A stretch of 38,948 nucleotides of DNA. It comes from Octopus sinensis. Taxonomy: Eukaryota. The stretch spans positions 1 to 38,948 of the forward strand of contig NW_021835923.1 of assembly GCF_006345805.1 (NCBI RefSeq). The letters are read 5' to 3'. This document shows positions 13,123-24,352 of the stretch, piece after piece. The notes under the pieces are model-generated. The model saw only the letters and a list, made by a program, of their open reading frames with translations. It had not been told where the DNA came from and ran no database searches. Numbering within the stretch: the first letter of the stretch is position 1; each line of letters opens with the position of its first letter. The position numbers and the translations under genes are program-made.

Positions 13123-13195
13123 CGGAAACATATTTTTGCTGTATAACCCTATACTCCCTCCTCCTTCTCCTCCTCGAATCTCCAAGATAGTGTGC
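13123..13195 (-). CDS. Candidate 73-nt exon of unknown gene
   Basis: Acceptor ttgtctggctgcag and strong donor CCG|gtgagt; two open frames (AHYLGDSRRRRRREYRVIQQKYVS or HTILEIRGGEGGGSIGLYSKNMFP). Confidence 0.2.
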
Positions 13196-13344
13196 CTGCA
13201 GCCAGACAAGGGTTTCACTAGATAAACAACGCGCTTATGTGGCGCATATACGCAAGGAATTTCTGAGGTGGGGTAGGATATGCGTTAGATATAAGGGGCG
13301 CGTTTTAGGGTATCGTAGTTGTGTGATGAAGAAGACAGGTGTTT

Positions 13345-13575
13345 GGTTGCTGCTGCTGTTGTTGTTGTTGTTGTTGTTGTTGTGATGGTGGTGGTGGTAG
13401 TGGTGGTGGCGGCGGTGGTGGTGGTGGTGGCGGCGGCGGTGGCGGTGGTGGTGGTGGTGCTGGTGGTGCTGGTGAGGCGGCAGCGGAGGCGATAGCGGTG
13501 ACAGCGGCGGGGGCGACGGTGGAGGCGGCAATAGAGGCCGCGGCGGCGGTGGTGATGGTGGTGATAGTAGTTATG
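13345..13575 (+). repeat. G-rich compound trinucleotide tract (GCT/GTT/GGT/GGC)
   Basis: Visible repeats. Confidence 0.9.
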
Positions 13576-13850
13576 GCAGTTGTTGTTTTGCCTCTTGTCA
13601 GTCGCCTGAACGAACGGACTCATAATCCATCCGTGGACATCTCATTTGTTTTTTTTTCTTTCAGCTCTTATCTGCTTCTCCTTCAGTCCACATTGTCCAA
13701 TATAAGTTTCAATGTCATCACACAGAGTGTTTGACTGCTGTTTCTCGCCATTTCAGCAAACACGTAGAGTCTCCCTCGTCTGTTCGTTGTCATTGTTATT
13801 GCTGACACTGATGTTCATGTTCGGAACCCTTTCTATTTGTTCAGCCACGA

Positions 13851-14210
13851 GGGGAAGATACGTGACCAAGTGGTTAAGGTAGTCGGCTCACGATCCTAAG
13901 GTCATAAGTTCCATCCCCGACGGTGTATTCTGTCCATCAACAAGAGACTTTATTTTACAGAACTCCAGTCCACTCGGCTGTCAAAAGATGAATCTTTCTG
14001 AAAACCATGTTAAGAGTACACGCGTCTGTGAAGTACTCAGCCAGTTGCACGTCAAATTCACGAGCGGGCTGTTCTGTTGAAAAGGTCAACTGAGTCCCTC
14101 ATCGACATAACCAACAGAGTACCAGTTTAGCCACAGGACAACTCTGATCGAGCAAGCGAATTTTCGAAGGTCTTCCATCCGTGACAAACACATTATCCTT
14201 AAAACATGCA
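13851..14210 (+). mobile_element. tRNA-head SINE with CORE-like domain and a different tail
   Basis: A-box tgaccaagtggt, B-box-like aagttccatccc, ctccagtccactcggctg core, gccagttgcacgtcaaattcacgagcgggctgtt tail. Confidence 0.7.
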
Positions 14211-14270
14211 GTATTCCAGTGTATTCCTATTTTACTGGAGACGATACACAGTTGATACACTGGCAGAACC

Positions 14271-14395
14271 GTTAGAGCATCGGAAAAATACTGTGCCTTA
14301 CTTCTTCCAGCTCGTTGGGTTCTAAGTTCAAATCCAACCGGGGTTAACTTTGCTTTTCATCAGGTTGGGATCGATAAAATAAAGCAAATGCCAAG
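14271..14395 (+). mobile_element. SINE family D, old copy
   Basis: tggcagaaccgttag...ttcaaatccaaccggggttaactttgcttttcatc. Confidence 0.6.
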
Positions 14396-14694
14396 GACTG
14401 GCGTTGGTTGTTTTGAGTAGTCCCATGAAATTTACTGGTGTCATGCCTACATCAGAAACCGTATCAGGTGGGATATAAGAGAGATTTGGTTACTATTTCC
14501 AGCGGATCTAGCAACCACGTATGCGCAACTTCAATTACAGACATTCGGTTTAGTCTTTTGATTTAGGACTCCTTGCCTGTCTACGTCTATGTTATTCGGT
14601 GTACCATTCTGGTTTTAAGATGGTAGCGGATTTGATAGAAAGAAAGAAAGAGAGAGAGAGATGGCTTCTATTTCTAACAAGCCGAGCAAACACA

Positions 14695-15303
14695 TCTGTG
14701 TGTGTGTCTGTGTCTGTGTGTCTGTGCGTATGTCTGTGTGGTGTGTGTGTGTGTGTGTCTGTGTGTGTGCACGCGCAGGCGCGTATAAATGGAGGACCCC
14801 GCATCGCCGCGACGGCAAGTGCGTGTGTTTTTGAACATCGCACGCTTAAAAGATTTACAGGTCAGACCACTGTGTATGCGTGTGTGTTTGTGTGTGTTTC
14901 TCTGTGTGTGTGTGTGTGTGTGTGTGTGGTGCGTGTGCGCGAGTGTGTGTGTGTGTGTGTGTGTACGGATGTGTGTAAGTATGTTAAATAGTTCAACATC
15001 TGTTGTGAATTATGTAAGGTGTGCTAAAAGAAGCGTGAACATGAAGATGATCTTGAACCGAAATAGTGTTATATTGGCGTCGTCTTTGTGTGTGTGTGTG
15101 CATGTGTGTGTGTGTGTGTGTGTGTGAATGTCATAGTGCGTGCGTATGGATATATGCAGCCACATGTAATGTGTGGGTACCAATGGGTGCATATGTGAAG
15201 GAGAATTTCTCAGTGACGTTATGCTAAGCTACGTGTTCTCTCCTCAATACACACACATGCACACATACACATACGCGCACACACGCACACGCACACACAT
15301 ACA

Positions 15304-15336
<33 letters not shown>

Positions 15337-15660
15337 GCATACACGCACTCATACAGAAAAGATACAGTTGCGGAAACACACACACACACACACAAATATA
15401 TATATATATATATATTATATACATATACACACGCACACCCACCCACCCCCACACACAGAGGCGCATCATTTCACATAGAAAACCACATTCTTGTGCAATC
15501 AGCAACATAAACATGTGCACGTAATGAAGCACAAACACGTGACTGGATGATAGATAGAGAGATAGATAGATGGAGAGAAAAAGAGAGAGAGAGAAGGAGA
15601 GAGAAAGAGAAAGAGAACGTGTATGTGTGTTGTGTGTGTGTTTGTGTGTGTGCCTCCATA
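14695..15660. repeat. (GT)n/(CA)n/(GA)n microsatellite cluster
   Basis: Visible repeats. Confidence 0.9.
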
Positions 15661-15769
15661 CAAGTGTGTAGTTTCCCCGCATGAATTTCTTCGTGTTTCA
15701 CACAAGGCCATCATGTCGGACAGGACCAATGTAGAGTGAGAATGGTTTGCTAGTGAACCAAGAAAATAT

Positions 15770-15932
15770 TCTTTTCTACTCTAGGCACAAGGCTCGAAAT
15801 TTTGGGGGAGGGGGCCAGACGATTAGATCGACACCAGTACGCAACTGATACATAATTTATCGACCCCCGAAAGGATGAAAGGCAAAGTCGACCTTGGTTG
15901 AATTTGAACTCAGAACATAAAAACAGACGAAA
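15770..15932 (-). mobile_element. SINE family D (ctactctaggcacaagg tail), head truncated
   Basis: Close match to 22467-22678. Confidence 0.85.
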
Positions 15933-16954
15933 GAGCCCAGAAAATATTGACCAAATATTGACGAGAATATTTGCAAAGCTCTAGTAAAGACCTTGACCCC
16001 CATGATCCTGTGCGGCTGTTATCCCTCTACTCATATCAGAAAATATATAAACAGATAAGGTACCTACAAAGAAACACATACACATATATATATACTATAT
16101 AGAGAGCGTATATATACATGTGCGTGCGTGTGCATACATGTATATGTGTATGTATATATGCACATGTATGCGAATTTGTACATATGTATATATATATATA
16201 TATGTATATGCATGTATGTATGTATACATAAATACATATAAACATTAATGCAATGTTCTCTTGAATCTATTTTTAGCTGTTTGTAGGACATGAAGTCAAT
16301 TTACATGAAGGTAATTATCCAGGCTAATTGATCACATTCTAAATATAGAACATGGCGGCCGAGTTCATTTGTTTCTACATTTGTTTATCTTATTTCTCTT
16401 TATTTTATTCAGGTTTCCTATTATTAATTCTTCTTCTCCTCCTCCCCCTTATTCCTTCATCTACTCCCTCCAACCCCCACCTTTCCAAGCATGTCTGGCT
16501 GCTACTTAAGCAATGTCTATTCTTATATATTTTATATATTAGTTTTGTAATATATATCTCTGTTATTTCTTTGTTAGTTCTAAGTTGTTACAAGTAAGTA
16601 CGTGAAATGATTCACGTTTTCGAAGCGAACACTAATAAACCTGGAACTCAGTGGTTTTCATTTCCGGTTGCATTAAGTTCTTTTCCACTTAGCATGCAGA
16701 ACACAAGTCTCTATAACTGCGGTCGTTCGACTTGCTAGCTAGAGTAGTAGAAATACCTACACAATCTACCATGATTCATAGCATAACATCTCATATAAAG
16801 GAAGGACACATTAAACAATGCCGCAGCAGATATATCACAGATGTACCATAGACAAATCTCGCCAGTCAGGTGGGAAGGTTTTCAACATGTTCGGAGAAGC
16901 ACCCACGCAGTTCCTGTAGACGCACTTACTGATAAACGCCAGACTGTTAATATA

Positions 16955-17107
16955 TGGCTGTGTGGTAAGAAGCTTGCTTCCCCACTACATGGTTCCGAGT
17001 TCAATCCCATTGCGTGGCACCATCGGAAAGTGTCTTCTACTATAGCCTCGGGTCAATCAAAGTCTTATGAGTGGATTTGGTAAGCGGAAACTGAGAAAAG
17101 CCCATCG

Positions 17108-17141
<34 letters not shown>

Positions 17142-17573
17142 GCGGGAAAGTTTACGAAAATAAACAAAAGACGAAGGCGGGTGGAGTACAAACAAACAAA
17201 TGTATTAGTATAGCGCTCAGGAATAGAAATAGAAAAGTATTTTACGTTTCAAGCCTACGCTCTTCGACAGAAAGATACACACAAAAAACAAGGAGAGAAA
17301 AATATATGTGTATGTGTGTATGTATGTATGTACCTATGTATGTTTCTATGTATGTGTGTATCTCTTTGTATCTGTGTTTGTCCTCCAAAATCGCTTGACA
17401 ACTGATGATCGTGTGTTTATGTCCCCGTAACTTAGCGGTTCGGCGAAAAAGACCTAGAGAATAAGTACTAGGTTCACAAAGAAAATGTTCTGGGTTCGAT
17501 TTCTTCGACTAATAAAACCGTCTGAGGCGATGCTCCAGAATGACCGCAGTCAAAATGATTGAAACAAGTAAAA
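16955..17573 (+). mobile_element. SINE family A, near full length, interrupted by a nested insertion
   Basis: A-box tggctgtgtggt, B-box gagttcaatccc, body to aagcccatcgtat, (AT)n, then 3' part gtccccgtaacttagcggttcggc...tgaccgcagtcaaaatgattgaaacaag. Confidence 0.85.
17141..17301 (-). mobile_element. (TA)n-associated short element with hammerhead-like motif, copy 1
   Basis: Homologous to 17746-17933 and 31954-32153; lies inside the SINE's internal microsatellite. Confidence 0.8.
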
Positions 17574-17621
17574 AATGTGTGTGCGTATACATACACATAT
17601 ATATGCATACTTATATACATA

Positions 17622-17667
<46 letters not shown>

Positions 17668-17687
17668 TATATATACATACATACATT

Positions 17688-17740
<53 letters not shown>

Positions 17741-17745
17741 TTACA

Positions 17746-17933
17746 TAGCGAGAATTTACATAAAAAAGGACGAATGCGGGTGTGTAAACAACAAACTGAT
17801 GTATTAGTTTAACGCTCGGGAAGTGAGAAAGTCTTTTACGTTTCGAGCCTACGCTCTTCGACAGAAAGGAACACAAATATAAACAGGGAGAGAAAATAGA
17901 AAAAAGTTTAGTGGCTCTCGATCTATCATGGCG
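17746..17933 (-). mobile_element. (TA)n-associated short element with hammerhead-like motif, copy 2
   Basis: Homologous to the other two copies; flanked by AT-rich microsatellite. Confidence 0.8.
17831..17872 (-). ncRNA. Minimal type-I hammerhead-ribozyme-like motif with variant core CUGUCGA
   Basis: Reverse complement: GUUCCUUU-CUGUCGA-A-GAGC(GUAG)GCUC-GAAA-C-GUA-AAAGAC. This gives stem I, core, stem II, GAAA, palindromic ACGU stem III and a GUA site. Confidence 0.55.
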
Positions 17934-18045
17934 GTATGTTTTTCTCTATATATACATACGTATATATGTATGCATACACATATATACATAATAGACATAT
18001 ACATACATATATAAGACATACCACACACACACACACACACACACA

Positions 18046-18115
<70 letters not shown>

Positions 18116-18505
18116 TGCGTATGTCCGTTTTGTGTTAATAAGTACGCTTACAGGAACTGCGTGGGTGGAGCTCCGAACACGTTGAAATCCTTTCCTCACC
18201 TCTCTAGTGTGATTTGTGTACACACACACACACATACGTTCAGTTATTGATGCATATTTAATTAATATCTAACACATATTTTATATAATCATATGTTTTT
18301 GTAGACCCATTGACCTAACTGAGAACCTTGTGGGTCGTAATCGTGGCTACCCTCGTTCTATGTTTGACACGACGCTACTGGGCATGATTGATCATTGGTC
18401 TGTTTGATCGAAACGGACGTGAGAAGGTAAGATCTGATCTAACTCGTATAACACCACCTATATCACAGCCAGCGGAAGGAGTCCCTACGCAGTCATTTGA
18501 CTTAC

Positions 18506-18600
18506 TTGAATCAGTCACCATATTTCCTTCACTATATACCCCACTTGAGAGGTCAAACAAGGACGAAATATTACTTAATGTGATACAGGATACAATATGT
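18506..18600 (-). CDS. Candidate 95-nt exon of unknown gene (HIVSCITLSNISSLFDLSSGVYSEGNMVTDS)
   Basis: Strong acceptor ctctttttatttccttag, donor gtaagt, only one open frame. Confidence 0.25.
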
Positions 18601-18814
18601 CTAAGGAAATAAAAAGAGGATGGTAACTTGATTTTTAAGTGGTCTTGGTGAGTATACAATATCGTTGGCCTAAGAGATAGAATTCGTGCGTCACAGAACA
18701 CACCCGGAAGAGCAGCCAAATTACCATACGGTGTTTTCTACGTGTACATTACCGTTTTCTAAACGTATTACTCTTGTGGGACTCTTTAAATATTGAGTTA
18801 AATTCCAAAATAAT

Positions 18815-19050
18815 ATGTGCGTATGTGTGCGCGCGCGTGTGTGTATGTGTTCGCGCGCGTATGTGTATGTGTTCTCGCGCACGTATGTGTGTGTGTACGT
18901 ACTGTGAGGTTATGTATGCATACATAAATATACGTGTGTGTGTGTATACAATGTATACAAATGTACATACATACAAGCATACATACATACATACATACTT
19001 ATGTATGTATGTATGTATGTATGTATGTATATGTATGTATGCTTGTATGC
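18815..19050. repeat. (GT)/(GC)/(GTAT) microsatellites
   Basis: Visible repeats. Confidence 0.9.
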
Positions 19051-20566
19051 TTCTATCATTATTATTCTTGTTTTCTCTTTCAAAAATTAAAATTCCATAA
19101 AAGATTAAGGAAATCATGTAAATGTTTTTGAAAGTTCTATGGATACTAAATTGAAATTCACCAAACACCATAAATAGCTATAAGAAATTTCGTCCTCAGC
19201 TCGGTACGATCGCAATTATGTTTTAACGGAAACATTTTCATTTGACTATGCCCCACAGGAAAACACAGAAGTGGACGGCAACATCATAAAGTGTTTACAG
19301 ATGAAAAGAACAACGTTTCTGCCAATTAGCAAGCTTTAAGCTCAAAACCATGTGGCTACCCGTTTTACGTTTTCTGGGGCTATAGTCAAACGGAATTGTG
19401 CCCGCTAAAGTGTTCTCCTACGTTCAAAATGTTATGCAAGAATTTACTCAGATCAGACACCTCTACGAGTCCTTATTGACCAATTATAATTTTCCCGCGG
19501 GGTCTCGTTACTATCTACGAAAGCCGTTATTTTGAATATATCGTGCGTGTTTCATAAAGACACAAATATAAATTTACACACGTAGAAAACAACGACTCTA
19601 AACATCTTTAGCATACGATTAGTTTCTTCATCAGTATTTCGCACGGAACCTATAGCGATCTCTTGCGTAAACCCAAGGAACCATGGTTGGAAATCTTGCT
19701 ATCCTCAAATATAAAGAAGGCAGAAAATAAATTCCTAGGGATACTAATTCTAAAAAATAACCAATCGATTAGATAATATTGGCTAGAAAACCCTTGGTCG
19801 AAATTCTTTCTTGTGGAGAGCTGTTTCGGAGTTGAGCATCAACAGCGACAACATCGAACTGTCACGTCGCTCAAGTACTTTATTACTAGGCCTTAAGACT
19901 TACATTCAACGCCATTAATTTTCGTTTAAATACTTAAATATAAATACTACGCAGATAGATATAGCAGCTACGTCTCAAAAATTTGACCCTTACTGCCATA
20001 AAAAAAGGGAAGGATGCATCGAATTGTGTTATTCTGGAGAAACTATTCTTGAAAATATAATGCAGTAATCAGAGCTACTGAGCATTTGACTAGAGATCTT
20101 GTTCTTCTTTAGCCCCGGGTTAGACTTAAATGAAGTTGGTTTGACCTGCGGCTAATCAAGAACTATAACAACAGCAAAAGCCGTCATTGAGTGTGTTCAT
20201 GATAATGATTCTCCCAACACTCAAATAAGGTCACAGCATTCGGGTTTAATCGAATAAACTGAATAATTGAATGTGAAGGGAACATTTGGTAATGTAAACT
20301 CTTAATATTAACTGTAAGATGTAAGAAAGAGCGTGGGTTAAGGACAGGGAAATTGAAACCGAGGTTTTCATGCTGACTTCTTACCAGAATTTTGCTGTAC
20401 ATTTATACAATATATAATAAATAGGCATACAAACACATGTTTGTGTGCGTGTATGTGTGTGTTGTTTGTGTGTGTATGTGTGTGTTGTTTGTGTGTGTAT
20501 GTGCTTGTATATATTTGTGAAGGATTGAAGAGATCACTTTGACTGAGACTTCCCAATAAAACTTAC

Positions 20567-20622
20567 TCTGTTCTCCGAATAAATTTATACCTCCAATAAA
20601 TGTTCCGTCGTTATTCTTAAGC
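20567..20622 (-). CDS. Candidate 56-nt exon (LKNNDGTFIGGINLFGEQ)
   Basis: Acceptor tttcaagcag, donor gtaagt, single open frame, phase-compatible with 20860-20917. Confidence 0.3.
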
Positions 20623-20859
20623 CTGCTTGAAACCACCATTTTAACACACATAAATACACAAACTTGTGCGCGTGGGCGCGCACAAACACAGATTTATCAT
20701 GGGGCACCTGTGTTCAATCATGAAAATCCTTTGAACAGACTTTGATCTTGACGGAGAGGTACTACGGTAAGTGAGATTGCCAGATATGGAAGACCTATTC
20801 ATTAGCAAAATCCAGAATTGGAAGGAGCATTTTCGTCGAATATCTTACAGAGAACTTAC

Positions 20860-20917
20860 TCGGCTGGACCTGTGCTTACAACTATACGAAGAGCAAAGAG
20901 AAAGTGATCGACATCGC
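20860..20917 (-). CDS. Candidate 58-nt exon (GDVDHFLFALRIVVSTGPAE)
   Basis: Long pyrimidine tract plus cccag acceptor, donor gtaagt, phase 1 to 2. Confidence 0.3.
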
Positions 20918-21371
20918 CTGGGTTATAAAGGTAACGAAAAGAAACATGGAAAGTGAGAAAGAAAGAAAAACAGGTGAGTATACATGTGATACGATATGTA
21001 TGTATAAAGTTTGTTCTCATTTTAAATATAGCACCGAACGCAACCGAATCAGCATAAATAAACATGGAATGCAAAGAGAAGTAAATTTCTAGAGAGGAAA
21101 TATGAAAGGAAAACTCTTAGTTCTTTCAGCATTTTGTATTCAGTATGTGTTATCATATCTTTCATCATCGCGTCTCTGTGTTTATAAATATTTGTGTTAC
21201 ATGTATGAAGTAATACCGACATGCACTGTTCTAGCGCATGCGTATGTAGCAATGTGTGCAGATGTATTTATAAGAGCTGGTGCACTTGACAGTTATCGAC
21301 AACGAAATTTATTAAAAAAAAGAAGCGGTTTGAAGTATCAAAGAGCGGAAGGTATATAGGAAAGACCTCAC

Positions 21372-21469
21372 CAAACTCTTCAATAGTTTGAACAGAGAAA
21401 GTACCGTTAGTTGCGACTTTAAAATACTGTTTCGTAAAAGGAATATTTAAATTTAGCCAAAGCCATAAA
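21372..21469 (-). CDS. Candidate exon (…YFKVATNGTFSVQTIEEF); alternative acceptor at 21426
   Basis: Acceptor tcgttccccag, donor gtgagg, open frame ending in phase 1, compatible with 20860-20917. Confidence 0.25.
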
Positions 21470-21611
21470 CTGGGGAACGATTTGTCAGAATATTTAGATC
21501 ATCATTTAGATTACTTCGCTGTATTTATTGTGACTTCCTGAGTTCAAATCCCACGATAATTAGCTTCACTTCTTTATTTTTTCCCGGTTTGATAAAATAG
21601 TATCCTTCTTA

Positions 21612-21710
21612 GGCGGTGGATTAGCCGAGTTGTATGAACGATGGCTCAAATATTTAGCGGTATTTGTTTCATCTAATTTGTACTGAGATCAAATGAAGCT
21701 ATGGCCTACT
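21612..21710 (+). mobile_element. SINE family D head, highly diverged
   Basis: ggcggtggattagccgag...aaatatttagcggtatttg...tgagatcaaat. Confidence 0.45.
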
Positions 21711-22466
21711 TGCCTAGTGGAGCTAAAACCGTCGTCCAGTTGAACACCACCACATGAGACTTTGTGAGTTTTAGCGGGTTCCTCTCTCTTTTAAGTATTT
21801 AGCCTTTCTCCTCGATCTGAGTTTACCTTCCTCCTTCGTTCCAAGGTACTGTAAGTGATTATGGTGTGTCACAGTCCTTATTGATTTTCAGATGTAAAAT
21901 ATCAAAGGATTTGGCATTATATAAAAATCCCACTTCGTATGAATTATTAACATATGTTGATGAAAATATTCGTACAAATCTGCCCCAATGAATTTCATCC
22001 AGGTCTTATGAGGGAGCCGCATTAAGAGTGTAGGGCATGCAACAATATCTTAATTTCGTGTTGTTTCGAAGAGATCGTTAATTATCACCAACTTATACAA
22101 TCGAGCCTGAGCTCAACAGAAAGTTTATATGTGCCGCAGTAGACTTCCGTCTTTGCAAATCGCAATTTATCTACGTCTTAAATTTAAGAACATTTTCTAC
22201 TCAAATTCATTCAGCATAGGGCGGTTACCACTAAGAAACTTCTTAATATGATATCAACATTAAAAAGAGTGAAGAATTGAATTATCGGAACACAGTATAA
22301 TATATGAATACACATTAGAATAGAATATATTGGACAGGCCGGACAGAGAACCAAGATGAAGTATAAATAACATGGATAGGCATTTAGAAAAGCTGAAAAA
22401 AAAGGCTTAAAAAGTTTAGCGACAAATGTGTGACTATTGAAAAACGATAAACTCACCTACAATATC

Positions 22467-22678
22467 CTTTTCTACTCTAGGCACAAGGCCCAAAATTTGT
22501 GGGAGGGGGTGCAGTCGATTAGATCTACCCCAGTATGCAACTGGTACCTTATTTGTCGACCTCGAAAGGATAAAATGTAAAGTCGACTTCGAAGGATTTT
22601 GAATTCAGAACGTAATGACAGACGAAATACCTATAAGAATTTCGCCCGGCGTGCTAAAGTTACTGCCAGCTGGCCGCC
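22467..22678 (-). mobile_element. SINE family D, full length (ctactctaggcacaagg tail)
   Basis: Shared core and head tgccagctggccgcc. Confidence 0.9.
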
Positions 22679-22696
22679 TTAATTTGAAATCAATAT

Positions 22697-22928
22697 CTAT
22701 TTCTTTATTGCCCACAGGTGGCTAAACATAGAGCGGACAAATAAGGACAGATAAAGGGATTAAGTCGATTACATCGATCCCAGTGCGTAACTGGTACTTA
22801 TTTAATCGACCCTGAAAGGATGAAAGGTAAAGTCAACCTCGGCGGAATTTGAACTGAGAACGTAAAAACAGACGTAATACCGCTAAGCGCTTCACCCAGC
22901 GTACTAGCCTTTCTGCCAAATCGTCGCT
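22697..22928 (-). mobile_element. SINE family D, full length (cccacag...aaggacag tail), with ~18-bp TSD
   Basis: Flanked by ttaatttgaaatcaatat (22679-22696) and ttaatttggaatcaatat (22929-22946). Confidence 0.9.
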
Positions 22929-23550
22929 TTAATTTGGAATCAATATTAAAACAATAAAACGCTCTAAAAATACAGTTTAACCTCTTCTAGTCCTCGCAAA
23001 TGAAAATACCTTGTTAGTTATTCCAAAATATCAAGTAACTGCAAAATATCGGTGATGCATGATATTTTTAAATTTGAAAAAAAAAATGTTTTTGAACGTC
23101 TTACAGATTGGAATAAAGTTAGCATGACCTCTTAGGAGTTGCTTTCTTTTTACCTTCCCATATACGAAATAAGTATAATTTCCTCTCTATGATTGCTTCT
23201 TCCTCTTTATAATGGCTTATTTACACAAAACCACATTTAAATTTTCTTTTTTCTTGAAGCTTTACATATTAAGTATCGGGAAACCACTTAAACATGCTCA
23301 ATAAATGAAGACACGTCACCGAATTTTCTAAGAGCTAGTGACAAAGAATACGTAAAACTCTGAAAGACAGCAACTGATATTTCTTGATAATAATATATAA
23401 AGATGACAACATAAGCCTTATATTATATAGTGTTAGCAAAAGTTGTAATCTGAATACAATATGCGCGTCAATATATATTAATAGAGACACAATTTTGTTA
23501 GTGCTTTTTTTATATTGCTAAATTAAAGATACATCGAATAACCAGCTGGG

Positions 23551-24000
23551 GGAGGCGTCCTCCTAGGGTTAAAAATAGCACTAATGTCGGTTACTGCGGG
23601 ACAGCCATGTTTAAGTGTTACTTCTCAATATAGTTGCTGCTTTCATCTCCTATAGAGATTTTCTAACAAGCTAATCTGTTTGTTGCAAGCTCAGTGGCTG
23701 TATCACTTGTTTTCTATAAGTTGTGTGATGGAGGGAACTACTGTTGCCTCTAGCGGACGAGTATCCACAAATAGGTCGAAACTGTACTGGCTGGAAGATG
23801 ATAGGGGCTCACTCCCCTGCTTGCTATATATATCGGGTGCAGATTGTATGCACTAACTAAGTGAAAGAGGCGTCTTCTCGAGATTAAAAATAGCAGTAAC
23901 GTCACCTCCTACGGAACAGCCATGTTTAAGTGGCATCATTATTTCTCAGTACAGTTAAAGTGCTTTCATCTCTTATAGAAATTTTCTAACTAGCTAATTT
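23551..24000 (+). repeat. Diverged direct duplication of about 130 bp at ~315-bp spacing
   Basis: Shared gaggcgtc, ttaaaaatagca, acagccatgtttaagtg, tgctttcatctc and attttctaac...gctaat blocks. Confidence 0.9.
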
Positions 24001-24134
24001 GCTTTATTATATTTCTTTGTTAGTCCTTTATGTGTAGTTTGTAACAACACCATTTTCAAATCTGTTTGTTCAGATATGTTGCAAGACCTTCATAGTCGCA
24101 CCATCTGACTAAATTGGTGGTTAGAGTTACGTCT

Positions 24135-24352
24135 AAGGTGGCGAGCTGGCAGAACCGTTAGCACGCCAGGCAAAATGCTTAGATGCTTAGCGGCAGTCCG
24201 TCCATCTTTACGTTCTGGGTTCAAATTCAACGGAGATTGACTCAGCATTTCATCCTTTTGGAGTCAATAAAGAAGTACCAGTCGAGCACTGGGATGCATG
24301 TAAATAATTTTCCCCCTCATCGAACGTGCTACCTTTGTCCCAAAATTGAAAA
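24135..24352 (+). mobile_element. SINE family D, full length, third tail type
   Basis: ggtggcgagctggcagaaccgttagcacgcc...gttcaaattc...catccttttggagtcaataa...gtaccagt. Confidence 0.85.

Noticed and set aside
13339-13734. Poly-Cys/Gly/Ala ORF
   Set aside because: Translation of a compound microsatellite.
14780-14830. TATAAAT followed by GC-rich sequence
   Set aside because: A single short motif between (GT)n tracts with no other support.
18305-18427. + strand AG...GTAAGA exon candidate
   Set aside because: Stops in all three frames before the donor.
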